Shown here one piece after another: positions 18,994-27,603 of a stretch of 63,010 nucleotides of DNA. A model generated the notes under the pieces. It saw only the letters and a program-made list of their open reading frames with translations. It was not told where the DNA came from and searched no databases. Source of the stretch: Candidatus Ratteibacteria bacterium (GTDB lineage: Bacteria > CAIJMQ01); contig JAQURI010000001.1 of the NCBI GenBank assembly GCA_028715665.1, forward strand, positions 1-63,010. The letters are read 5' to 3'. The stretch's first letter is position 1; every line of letters starts with the position of its first letter. The position numbers and the translations under genes were made by a program.

Positions 18994-20172
18994 CTACCAC
19001 CCTACAAGTAGGGTGGCTTCCTGCTTCATCATGTCTATGCTTAGACCACTCTTGCAGGCTTCAATTCCCGCAGTTCCTGCGGTACATCTATCCAGAACTA
19101 CATTAGCTGCATTGGTATCTCTGTTCTCAACATTCCCACACTGGTTGCATCGAAATACTCTATCCCTCAATGTCATTTTCTGTTTGTTCCCACACACATG
19201 ACAGGTCTGTGATGTTCCCGCAGCTATACAGAGCTTAACCTGCTTCCCAGCTTCTTCCGCTTTGGATGCTGTTAAGGTCTGTAGTTGATACCATCCTGCG
19301 TCCATGATGGATTTCGCAAGATGATGATTCTGAACCATGTTTTTGATTTGTAAGTTCTCGAATGCGATTAAATCGAATCTGGTAACGAGTGTACGTGCAG
19401 TCTTATGAGCGAAATCCTTTCTCTGGTTTCGGATTTTCTGATGTATTTTTGCTACTGTGAGTTTCTGTTTCTTCCTGTTATTCGACCTGAGTTTCTTCTT
19501 TGCCAATCGTCTCTGTTCCTTTGCAAGTTTGTTTTCTGATTGTCTCAGGAACTTCGGGGGCTTGACCATTTCCCCGGTATTTAATGTAAGAAGGTCGGTT
19601 AATCCGACATCTATTCCGACCATTGTAACCACAGGTACTTTCTCAACTGCCTTATTCATCTCAACCGTGAATATCGCATACCATCGGTCAACGTCTCTCT
19701 TGATAGTACATGTTTTGATATTCCCCTTAATGTTCCGATGAAGGATTATCCGTATTGTTCCTATCTTTGAGAGATTGAGTTTTCCAGATTCAATTGTTGC
19801 TCCGCTCTGGGGATACGTGAATGAATCATACCTGTTCATTCCCTTGAATCGGGGAAAACCTGAACCACGAAAGAAGTTATCAATGCTCTTATTGACTCTC
19901 TTTAACACGTTCTGGAGAATCTGTGAATGTACTTCTTTCTGGAAGGAGTCTTTGCACGCTGCAAGCGTATTAGCTTGGTCTTCGTAATATATCCATTCTG
20001 GTTTGCCCCACGGGAATACCTGAAGAGTTTGTCTCAGTCTATTAAGCTCTATGCGTCGTTTCCGTTCTGCAAGAGCGTCGTTATAGAGATGCCTGCACGT
20101 GTTCAGAGTCTTGACCATAGTTACTTCTTGGTTCTTGGTTGGATATATACTGAACACGTAGGCTTTTTTCAT
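18994..20172 (-). CDS. tnpB: TnpB (IS200/IS605 OrfB, RNA-guided RuvC nuclease)
   Basis: RuvC residues in GIDVGLTDL, AFENLQI and NRDTNAANV; zinc finger CHVCG...CNQCG. Confidence 0.9.
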   Translation of the reverse strand: MKKAYVFSIYPTKNQEVTMVKTLNTCRHLYNDALAERKRRIELNRLRQTLQVFPWGKPEWIYYEDQANTLAACKDSFQKEVHSQILQNVLKRVNKSIDNFFRGSGFPRFKGMNRYDSFTYPQSGATIESGKLNLSKIGTIRIILHRNIKGNIKTCTIKRDVDRWYAIFTVEMNKAVEKVPVVTMVGIDVGLTDLLTLNTGEMVKPPKFLRQSENKLAKEQRRLAKKKLRSNNRKKQKLTVAKIHQKIRNQRKDFAHKTARTLVTRFDLIAFENLQIKNMVQNHHLAKSIMDAGWYQLQTLTASKAEEAGKQVKLCIAAGTSQTCHVCGNKQKMTLRDRVFRCNQCGNVENRDTNAANVVLDRCTAGTAGIEACKSGLSIDMMKQEATLLVGW

Positions 20173-20226
20173 TGGGTATTGTATATACCTATAGGTTTAT
20201 ATGTTTTGTGGTATATATAGAGCGAT

Positions 20227-20619
20227 ATGGGAAAAACAAGCTCATGCATCTACAACATCAATTATCACCTTATCTGGTGCCCAAAATATAGAAAACCAAT
20301 ACTTGAAGAACCGAAAGTCAAAACGTTTCTTGAAGACCAGTTACAGACAATAGCTGATGCGAAAGAATATGAAATTCTCGAACTTCAAGTCATGCCAGAC
20401 CATATTCACTTATTCATTTCTGCTAAACCGTTTGAAGCTCCAACTGATATTGTTAAGGTCTTTAAAGGGGTAACAGCATTACGGTTGTTCAAGAAGTTCC
20501 CTGAATTGAAAGAACAATATTGGAGAGGGAAACTATGGTCTCCAAGCTATTATGTCGGAACTGCCGGAACAGTATCAGCGGAAACTATTAAGATGTATAT
20601 TCAAAATCAGAAAGGATGA
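20227..20619 (+). CDS. tnpA: TnpA (IS200-type Y1/HUH transposase)
   Basis: HUH motif in PDHIHLFISAKP and catalytic-Tyr region SPSYYVGTAG. 130 aa. Confidence 0.9.
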   Translation: MGKTSSCIYNINYHLIWCPKYRKPILEEPKVKTFLEDQLQTIADAKEYEILELQVMPDHIHLFISAKPFEAPTDIVKVFKGVTALRLFKKFPELKEQYWRGKLWSPSYYVGTAGTVSAETIKMYIQNQKG

Positions 20620-20713
20620 GGGGCAGTATGTCGCTATGCAGGGGGGTACGATTCATCCACCGGACGAGTCCGGTGGTATTCTCTACCCCTCTACCCCACA
20701 TTATAAATACAAC

Positions 20714-20899
20714 ATGGACGAAGAAATCACAGTAAAAATAGACAAGATTCATAGTCAATCACCCCGTAATAGAAAGTCAAGAGCATGTCTCTTGAAGGAT
20801 ATGGGCAACCAGTTGACAAGGAGACTTAGGAACAAACTATGCAGAAGAATAACACCGGTCGAAAAAACATCGCGGGAAGAACCTACAAGTATAAACTAA
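20714..20899 (+). CDS. Small basic hypothetical protein (candidate first gene of the IS-interrupted operon)
   Basis: This is the first ATG after the IS left end. Removing the IS would place it 24 nt after the internal ATG of cassette copy 4, within the 19-29 nt range of the other copies. Confidence 0.3.
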   Translation: MDEEITVKIDKIHSQSPRNRKSRACLLKDMGNQLTRRLRNKLCRRITPVEKTSREEPTSIN

Positions 20900-21741
20900 C
20901 ACTGCAAAAAGAATCAACCGACACGGAGACAGTTAATATCGTCATGCCAGTAAGGAACTCAATTGGCATAACGGACGTAGCCATTCAATGCATAAAGAAA
21001 TACACAAAGGAGCCTTACGTTCTCTGGATAGTCGATAATGACTCGAATCAGGATATGCTGGAGTATTTATCGAACCTGAGAGATGTAAATATAATTTATA
21101 ATCAATCCGGGATAGGAACGTGGTATTATCCACACTGGTTAATAAAACACGAAGGAAGTTTTGCAAATGCAATAGCTCTTGAACTGGCAGCGCAAATCGT
21201 CAAAGGAAAATACATGTTCGTAATGCATAACGACGCATTGCCAGTATCAGCAGACTGGCTAACGCACCTAAAATCAAAGCTCGATAATAATACGAAAATT
21301 GCCGGGGTAAGTCAGGACAAGACAAGAGTTAAAGCCGTCCATACTTCCGGATTTTTATTTGACTTTGAACTTTACGAAAAATTAGATTTATCATTCATGC
21401 ACAATTTACCCGCATACGATGTAGGAGACTACATTACAACAGGGCTACTGGGAGAAGGATATAAAAAGTATGTTTGCATGAACACATTCAATAATCCGGC
21501 AACGATTAACCTGATAACTTACGGTTCATACCCGGATTTCATTAAAAACTATTCATTCGACCGTAGCTTCAACGACGACGGAGAACTGATATTCATGCAT
21601 CTTGGGCGCGGCACGACCCGGACAAAGGACGAGCATCCAAAAGAAGGGTATATGAAAAGAAGTGAATGGGTCAATGGAATAAAGAAACATTTTTTGCGAG
21701 GGCAATATGCCAAAAGTCAGTGTGGTAATGTCACTCTATAA
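20839..21741 (+). CDS. Glycosyltransferase, GT2-like
   Basis: VNIVMPVRNS...LWIVDNDSN (beta1/DxD-like) at the N-terminus. The start is uncertain (alternative ATG at 20944). Confidence 0.6.
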   Translation: MQKNNTGRKNIAGRTYKYKLTLQKESTDTETVNIVMPVRNSIGITDVAIQCIKKYTKEPYVLWIVDNDSNQDMLEYLSNLRDVNIIYNQSGIGTWYYPHWLIKHEGSFANAIALELAAQIVKGKYMFVMHNDALPVSADWLTHLKSKLDNNTKIAGVSQDKTRVKAVHTSGFLFDFELYEKLDLSFMHNLPAYDVGDYITTGLLGEGYKKYVCMNTFNNPATINLITYGSYPDFIKNYSFDRSFNDDGELIFMHLGRGTTRTKDEHPKEGYMKRSEWVNGIKKHFLRGQYAKSQCGNVTL

Positions 21742-22630
21742 CGGTAAAAAATATCTAATGGAAGCCATCAATAGCATCCTGAATCAAACATTCAGGGATT
21801 TTGAATTTATTATCATTGACGACGGCTCGGATGAATCCGTACATAACATGCTTTCAACTTTAGCCGACGAACGCATTAAACTTATTACAAACGAAAAAAA
21901 CATTGGACTTACTGCAAGCCTCAACAAGGGCTTATTCAAAGCTTCAGGCGAGTTTATAGCCCGTCAGGATGCAGACGATATGTCAGAACCGTCAAGGTTC
22001 TATGAACAGGTATCTTATCTCGACAAGCACCCGGAAATAGGGGTTGTAGGGACGAGCACGACTATAATCAACGAGAACGGGGAGAAGGTAGATTACTGGG
22101 ACGCAGTTCAAAATCCAATGGGATTACTAAAGACCGGCAATAGATTAACCCACGGGTCGGTAATGCTAAGACGAACTGTAATGGACGATATCGGAAAATA
22201 CGATTATCATTTTAAATATGCCCAAGACTATGAATATTGGTTACGGGTATCGAAAAAACATCAAATTCGAAACATACCAGTACGGTTATACCAATCACGA
22301 TTTCATAATAGAATGTTAAGCACAACAAAGATAAAAGAGCAGGCACAATATGTTATTTGTGCACAAAGGATGCATAAAACCGGAGAAGAATTCTCATATG
22401 AACTGGATATGACAAAGCCTGAAAAAATCAGATATCATACTATGCTTGCATATAGCTATATCCAAGCAGATAAAATGAGTGAAGCCGTACAAGAATTTAA
22501 AGAAATATTTAAATTAAACCCATTCAATTCAATGAACTTAATACGGATAATATCATATCTTTTTAGAGGACGTGATGGAATAATAAAAATTCAAAATAAT
22601 TATAGAAAATTACGATGCGCTTTCTATTGA
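21707..22630 (+). CDS. Glycosyltransferase, GT2 family
   Basis: VSVVMSLYNGKKYLMEAINSILNQTFRDFEFIIIDDGSDE and RQDADD motifs. Confidence 0.85.
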   Translation: MPKVSVVMSLYNGKKYLMEAINSILNQTFRDFEFIIIDDGSDESVHNMLSTLADERIKLITNEKNIGLTASLNKGLFKASGEFIARQDADDMSEPSRFYEQVSYLDKHPEIGVVGTSTTIINENGEKVDYWDAVQNPMGLLKTGNRLTHGSVMLRRTVMDDIGKYDYHFKYAQDYEYWLRVSKKHQIRNIPVRLYQSRFHNRMLSTTKIKEQAQYVICAQRMHKTGEEFSYELDMTKPEKIRYHTMLAYSYIQADKMSEAVQEFKEIFKLNPFNSMNLIRIISYLFRGRDGIIKIQNNYRKLRCAFY

Positions 22631-22661
22631 ATTAGAGCATGGGGCAGGGGGTAATTGACAA

Positions 22662-22748
22662 CGCCATGGGTGAGATTCGAACTCACGTAAGCCTTTCGAC
22701 CGTAATGGGGTAGCAACCCATCGCAATAAACCGCTATGCGACCACGGC
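22662..22748 (-). tRNA. tRNA-Ser (anticodon GCU)
   Basis: The reverse complement folds as a cloverleaf: acceptor GCCGTGG/CCATGGC, anticodon stem ATGGG/CCCAT with loop TTGCTAC, a long variable arm, and T-arm GTGAG-TTCGAAT-CTCAC. No CCA is encoded. Confidence 0.8.
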
Positions 22749-22751
22749 AAA

Positions 22752-22838
22752 CGCCAACGACAGGATTCGAACCTGTGATGCCCTTACGAACACAGCGGTT
22801 TTCAAGACCGCCGCCATACCAGACTTGACGACGTTGGC
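22752..22838 (-). tRNA. tRNA-Ser (anticodon UGA)
   Basis: Acceptor GCCAACG/CGTTGGC, anticodon stem GCGGT/ACCGC with loop CTTGAAA, a long variable arm, and T-arm ACAGG-TTCGAAT-CCTGT. Confidence 0.8.
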
Positions 22839-22848
22839 AATTTTGAAA

Positions 22849-22932
22849 TGGGTATAGACGGATTCGAACCGTCGGTAGGACTAACCAACTGGTTCCTAAG
22901 ACCAGTGCCTTTGACCGCTTGGCTATATACCC
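22849..22932 (-). tRNA. tRNA-Leu (anticodon UAG)
   Basis: Acceptor GGGTATA/TATACCC, anticodon stem CTGGT/ACCAG with loop CTTAGGA, a long variable arm, and T-arm GACGG-TTCGAAT-CCGTC. Confidence 0.8.
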
Positions 22933-22934
22933 AA

Positions 22935-23017
22935 TGCGTATATTCGGATTCGAACCGAAGATTGTCCTACGACCCAGAGCTTAAATCCGGTGCTTTTGAC
23001 CTCTCAGCCATATACGC
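22935..23017 (-). tRNA. tRNA-Leu (anticodon UAA)
   Basis: Acceptor GCGTATA/TATACGC, anticodon stem CCGGA/TCTGG (one G-U pair) with loop TTTAAGC, a long variable arm, and T-arm TTCGG-TTCGAAT-CCGAA. Confidence 0.78.
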
Positions 23018-23019
23018 TA

Positions 23020-23102
23020 TGCGAGTAATGTGATTTGAACACATGATTCCACTAAGGAACAGATTTTGAATCTGTTGTATTTGACCGCTCTACCATACTC
23101 GC
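23020..23102 (-). tRNA. tRNA-Leu (anticodon CAA)
   Basis: Acceptor GCGAGTA/TACTCGC, anticodon stem ACAGA/TCTGT with loop TTCAAAA, a long variable arm, and T-arm ATGTG-TTCAAAT-CACAT. Confidence 0.75.
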
Positions 23103-23386
23103 TTTATTATATTTGTTTTGATTAATGGTTAACTTATTTATTGAAACTATCAAATAAAATTATTTAAAGGCCAGTATAAATATTAAAAAAACAACGGTGA
23201 AATTTTAACAAAAACACTGACCTGAAATTATAGTGATAAACTCAGAGTGAGTGAACTCGATGATGACAAACTAAGACTGGATATAGAAATAGGCATGACG
23301 ATAATTATTTTGGTCATACGCTGAATTTGATTCATCCATTTCAAGATGAAAGATATGGTATATAATACTATGTACGATGGGTTCTG

Positions 23387-23647
23387 TCAGGTCTTCGGGG
23401 GATAGAAAGCCCGTGATAAAATCTTATTACGTTCTTTATAATTTCTTAACCATTCATCATCCACATCATCTAATTTCAATGGGACAGGATTTGAAGCCAG
23501 CATAAAAGCTTTATCATCGTTTGGATTATGTGTTTCTATCCTCCAATCTATTGTATCGTGCGGCTGCCGGCAACATTTTTTGTGACTTCTGGTATGATGT
23601 TTATTTTTTAATTTATTTACCAACTTTTTAGCTGAATCAGGTTTCAT
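23387..23647 (-). CDS. Hypothetical basic protein
   Basis: 86-aa ORF with ATGA-type overlap to the upstream (- strand) gene. Confidence 0.45.
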   Translation of the reverse strand: MKPDSAKKLVNKLKNKHHTRSHKKCCRQPHDTIDWRIETHNPNDDKAFMLASNPVPLKLDDVDDEWLRNYKERNKILSRAFYPPKT

Positions 23648-23931
23648 TTTCTACCTTTTTTTCTTAAATCTGTACACAACTGGCATAATTGAACGTGTTC
23701 TCGTTTACACCCCTTAATTACAGTAAATCCTTTTTTACATTGCCTGCAAGTTCTATGAATTTTCCAACCCCGTCGACCTCTCCAATCTACATAATCAGGG
23801 TTCATTAAAAGTTCTTCGGGCAAAAGAACTCGCTGACCCTCCATTCTACAAACTTTCAAAGCATCTTTTAAACCAATCTTTTTAACGATTTTACCAGGAG
23901 GAATCGGCTCATTGTTAATTCGCATTTCCAT
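23644..23931 (-). CDS. Hypothetical Cys-rich (zinc-ribbon-like) protein
   Basis: Contains CRQCKKGF...GCKREHVQLCQLC. 95 aa. Confidence 0.45.
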   Translation of the reverse strand: MEMRINNEPIPPGKIVKKIGLKDALKVCRMEGQRVLLPEELLMNPDYVDWRGRRGWKIHRTCRQCKKGFTVIKGCKREHVQLCQLCTDLRKKGRK

Positions 23932-23936
23932 AAGGT

Positions 23937-25295
23937 CTATCTATCCTTCATTAAATCATAAAAATCAATGTCGCCATAGATTTTTTTCCCATCATTCATC
24001 CAGCAAATGAGCCCTTTGAGCAACAGCCCATTATATTTCGGAGAAACACGGTTTTCGTAAGTTCCATCTTTATAAATCGAAGTAACATATCCATCTTCAG
24101 TTCGATGATTTACAAGAGCAGAAGCGAACAACTCCTTTCCAGCATTTAAATACAACTGGTTCCCGGTAAGTTCAGCCAATCGTCGCAATGAAATTGAAAA
24201 ATCAGTCTGGTTATCAAGATGGTTCTTTATATTATCCGGTGTAGCAGGTATAAGGCCATTATCCCATTTCAAGTTAAGCCACCTATCGGCGATTTCAGAA
24301 GCAATCTTGAGATACAAAGGATTGGAATCCACAAAAAAATAAGTATCACAGAGAATATCAATCATGACAAAACTTTCTGTCAGGGCAGGATTCTTTATAT
24401 TGCCGTCTGGATACCACAACCCATAAACAAGACCGTCCCGGTACAATTTCTTCAATACCGAATCAATCCAGCGGATTATAGCTCCTTTATATTTTTCATC
24501 TTTTGTAATCCGATAGGCAGTAATAAGTGCAAAAATAAAATTACTATTTGCCTTCATGAATTGAAACATTGCCCCGGTCGGTAATTGAAAAAGTGTATAA
24601 GCCAGAGATTCCAGTAATTTGTTTTTCAATCCTTTTTTATTCAAATAGTAAAATTGTGCATTAGCAATCTGGTTTATAGAATCAGGGAGTATATTGATAT
24701 TACAATTCAGATAATTAAAAAGTTCACTACTGATATGGGATTTAAAATTAAATAACCCATATTTCTTAAAACAGTAATCATCTAAGAATGCATCCAAGGC
24801 TCTCACTCCCCATCCTTTCCAGTCTGGGAACAGGTCGGAGTTTTCAAGAAATACTTCAATCAATCCTCCAGACCATGCCGACTGCAAATCAGGAGCACCA
24901 TTCCTTGAAAGGTCATAACACATACGGATATGTCCGTTCTTAATAAGATAAACCACAATCCCCGAAAAGCCTTCAATAATCATATTTTCAATAAGCTCAT
25001 CACGGGATTGTCTATAAAAACAGCACACGGCTCCAAGATACTCGTCGTTTCTCCATGAAATTATTTTATCATTATAGGTCGTCATTCCATTGTACGTGAT
25101 TTGGCGTGACAACTCTATCTGGTTACGAGTAAAATCATTTTCACCAAAATAAAGCAGGAAGGGCAGGATATCATCGAAATCAGCATAAATAGTTTCAGTT
25201 CCGACCGGGTAAGTCTTAGAAACCATACCATTAGAATCAAGATACTTTGTCTTGATGTTTTGGATTATCTCCTTAGCAGCACGATTTAGTTCCAT
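23937..25295 (-). CDS. Hypothetical protein, 452 aa
   Basis: Long ORF in the - strand sugar-modification operon. No motif recognised by eye. Confidence 0.6.
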   Translation of the reverse strand: MELNRAAKEIIQNIKTKYLDSNGMVSKTYPVGTETIYADFDDILPFLLYFGENDFTRNQIELSRQITYNGMTTYNDKIISWRNDEYLGAVCCFYRQSRDELIENMIIEGFSGIVVYLIKNGHIRMCYDLSRNGAPDLQSAWSGGLIEVFLENSDLFPDWKGWGVRALDAFLDDYCFKKYGLFNFKSHISSELFNYLNCNINILPDSINQIANAQFYYLNKKGLKNKLLESLAYTLFQLPTGAMFQFMKANSNFIFALITAYRITKDEKYKGAIIRWIDSVLKKLYRDGLVYGLWYPDGNIKNPALTESFVMIDILCDTYFFVDSNPLYLKIASEIADRWLNLKWDNGLIPATPDNIKNHLDNQTDFSISLRRLAELTGNQLYLNAGKELFASALVNHRTEDGYVTSIYKDGTYENRVSPKYNGLLLKGLICWMNDGKKIYGDIDFYDLMKDR

Positions 25296-25298
25296 ATT

Positions 25299-26213
25299 CT
25301 AATAGGACTCCGGGAATGAATTGTGAAAACAGTCTGACTTCCCACGTGTAACCACACATACAGACTGTGAAGGATATCCAATTGCTATGGCTCCACAGAT
25401 AAGCAAATAATCAGGGATTTTTAATAGTTTCCTGATATCGGATTCTTTTAACACGCTGCTGTATGAGGTGTACGTACACCAACAAGCCCCAAGACCAAGA
25501 TATTCAGCCGTTAATAAGATATTTTGAATTGCAGCCGCAGAATCCTGATACGGTGTAAATCTTTCTTCGGTGAGCCTATACCCACGCTTATCAGCTAATA
25601 CTATAAGGATAACAGGTGCTGTATGAGCAAATAGTTTACCGCCGGGTATTGATTCGGAAACCAGTTTCTTTTTGGTCGGGTCATTTATGATAAGATATTT
25701 AAGACCCTGCTGGTTGCAGGCAGTAGGTGCCCATTCAGCCGAAGAGATTAATTGCTCTATTATATCAGGCTCAAGTTTTTTATCGATAAACTTACGAACG
25801 CTCCGTCTCTGTTTTATAATTTCTAAAAGCTCCCGATTTTCTGGTTTTTGATGAAATTTACCAGTCATCGGGCAATTTTTTACATCATGATAATAATTTA
25901 TAAATTCCCATCGTATATTCTGTGCCCATTTTAATTGAGGCAGTGATTCATAACCTCGTAGATATAACTCCTCAAGACACCGGGATAGTTCATTATAGAC
26001 CTGTTTTTGTTCCAGAACATTCTTTGGTTTCAACATAATATATTTCTCGACGAGATGTGCTAATTTAGTCGTTCTCATTATTAGGAACTCATCGTCATTC
26101 TGTTCTGAAACCTTGAATCGAAGTGCTGAAATAGTTTCTTTCGTAAAATCAACATAGGTAACGCTTGCAAGTTTAAGTAACTGCATTATCCGATAGACTG
26201 TTTTAATGTTCAT
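25299..26213 (-). CDS. Nitroreductase-family flavoprotein with N-terminal extension
   Basis: RRSVRKFIDKKLEPDIIEQLISSAEWAPTACNQQ is the typical nitroreductase N-terminal signature. It starts about 135 aa into the ORF. Confidence 0.7.
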   Translation of the reverse strand: MNIKTVYRIMQLLKLASVTYVDFTKETISALRFKVSEQNDDEFLIMRTTKLAHLVEKYIMLKPKNVLEQKQVYNELSRCLEELYLRGYESLPQLKWAQNIRWEFINYYHDVKNCPMTGKFHQKPENRELLEIIKQRRSVRKFIDKKLEPDIIEQLISSAEWAPTACNQQGLKYLIINDPTKKKLVSESIPGGKLFAHTAPVILIVLADKRGYRLTEERFTPYQDSAAAIQNILLTAEYLGLGACWCTYTSYSSVLKESDIRKLLKIPDYLLICGAIAIGYPSQSVCVVTRGKSDCFHNSFPESY

Positions 26214-26674
26214 CCCTGTTTTAGCTCCCAGTTGTATGGAATTTTAGAAGTAAACGGGTCATTACGAAATATTTCATTCGGGTCATGAGGAATCGTAGCG
26301 CAATTGGCGACAATAGCCGTCTCAGTTCCAATCCCTTTAAATCCATTCCATACTTCAGGAGGAACTGTCACAAGAGCATAATTTTCATCTCCTATAAACA
26401 GTTCCATGATATTTCCACGTGTAGAAGACCCTTCTCTATTATCATAAAGAACAAGTTTTATTTTGCCATGAATACAGGCATAGTTCAATTTCATACTTTT
26501 ATGATAATGCCACGCCTTAATTACACCGGGATGGATAAGTGAAAAATAAATCTCGCCAAATTTCTCAAACACCGGGCTATCATTTCTTAACATATGAAAG
26601 ATACAACCTCTTTCATCAGGGATTTTACGTAATGGAGTTACAACAACCCCTTCAATTTGTGCCATATTTTTCAA
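26210..26674 (-). CDS. RmlC-like cupin (NDP-sugar epimerase/isomerase-like)
   Basis: IPDERGCIFHM...AWHYHKSM...GKIKLVLYDNREGSSTRG resembles dTDP-4-dehydrorhamnose 3,5-epimerase-type cupins. Confidence 0.65.
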   Translation of the reverse strand: MKNMAQIEGVVVTPLRKIPDERGCIFHMLRNDSPVFEKFGEIYFSLIHPGVIKAWHYHKSMKLNYACIHGKIKLVLYDNREGSSTRGNIMELFIGDENYALVTVPPEVWNGFKGIGTETAIVANCATIPHDPNEIFRNDPFTSKIPYNWELKQG

Positions 26675-27600
26675 TCTCTCCTATTATGTTCTTTATACCA
26701 ATCAATTGTTTTTTTCATTCCATCATATAATGTAGTTTTAGCTTTCCAGTGAAGTAGTTTCCTAGCATTATATGTATCAGCACAGGCATAACACATTTCA
26801 TTATTACGATATGGTACCGCACCCCAGACAGGATTGATTTTACTATTAAGTAGATTCAAAATGAGATTGATAGTAGTCCGAAGGGTCGGTGCATGTCCAG
26901 TTCCAATATCAAATATTTCATGTGCTTTCGTATAAGGGGGACTTGAAATCAACGACATATAAGCATCCACTATATCATCAACATAAATATAGTCCCATTT
27001 TTGATATCCCGGCGACGTTTTCAGTTCAGTCGTCTCACCTTTAAGAGCGGACTGGATTATAAATGGAATAAATTTACGTGCATTATCAAATTCTCCGTAA
27101 GCAGGAAATTGGCGAAACGTCACACACTGCATTCCCCGTTCGCCATAATAATCACAAAGAAGTTCGCCCTGTAATTTAGTAGCAGCATACAAGCTAATCG
27201 GATTAATTTTATGTACCTTGGATTTTCCATCATATACGAATGCAGTGCTTGCATTCACAAACAGTTTGATATCATTTTTAAGTGATTCATCAAGAAGAAG
27301 GGTTAAACCACGAACATTCGTATCATAGAGAGGCATTATATCAGAAAAGCAATGCTCAACAACATAATACGCAGCAAGATGGTAAACAATCTCCGGCTTA
27401 AATTTTCGGACGGCATCAGCAACTTTTACATTATCAGCTAAATCAGCAATAAAAACATTAAGCCGGCCATAAATATCTTCAATTCGTTCAATATTAGACC
27501 CAGCACGCTGAATAATCCCAACATCATGGTCATCAGAGACAAGTCTTCGGGTTAAATGAGACCCGATAAACCCCGTCGCTCCGGTAACAAGTATTCTCGT
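26671..27600 (-). CDS. NAD-dependent epimerase/dehydratase (SDR) lacking a canonical start codon
   Basis: The Rossmann motif (T)RILVTGATGFIGSHL is encoded in frame upstream of the first ATG (27336), and YAATK is the catalytic motif. The frame opens right after an in-frame TAG (27604-27606). ACG at 27598-27600 sits 7 nt after GGAGGA, where ATG is expected. Confidence 0.65.
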   Translation of the reverse strand, partial: TRILVTGATGFIGSHLTRRLVSDDHDVGIIQRAGSNIERIEDIYGRLNVFIADLADNVKVADAVRKFKPEIVYHLAAYYVVEHCFSDIMPLYDTNVRGLTLLLDESLKNDIKLFVNASTAFVYDGKSKVHKINPISLYAATKLQGELLCDYYGERGMQCVTFRQFPAYGEFDNARKFIPFIIQSALKGETTELKTSPGYQKWDYIYVDDIVDAYMSLISSPPYTKAHEIFDIGTGHAPTLRTTINLILNLLNSKINPVWGAVPYRNNEMCYACADTYNARKLLHWKAKTTLYDGMKKTIDWYKEHNRRD

Positions 27601-27603
27601 AAA

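Larger units (their letters stand above)
18989..20697 (-). mobile_element. Complete IS200/IS605-family insertion sequence (divergent tnpA and tnpB)
   Basis: RE hairpin CCACCCTA-CAAG-TAGGGTGG at 18997-19016, with terminus AGTTCAC (- strand) ending at 18989. LE hairpin CCACCGGA-CGAG-TCCGGTGG at 20657-20676. The outer boundary is about 20697, inferred from alignment with the other LE copies. Confidence 0.8.

Noticed and set aside
20552-20713. N-terminal part of the 115-aa ORF 20552-20899.
   Set aside because: It reads through the 3' end of tnpA and the IS left-end hairpin. Only the part after the IS boundary (ATG at 20714) is a plausible gene.
22848-23033. 61-aa + strand ORF from the track.
   Set aside because: It lies entirely over three tRNA genes on the opposite strand and is spurious.
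23103-23386. AT-rich 280-nt gap, considered as a replication origin.
   Set aside because: No repeated ORB-like elements and no adjacent orc1/cdc6 or rep gene. It is more simply the promoter region of the tRNA array plus the 3' UTR of the - strand operon.
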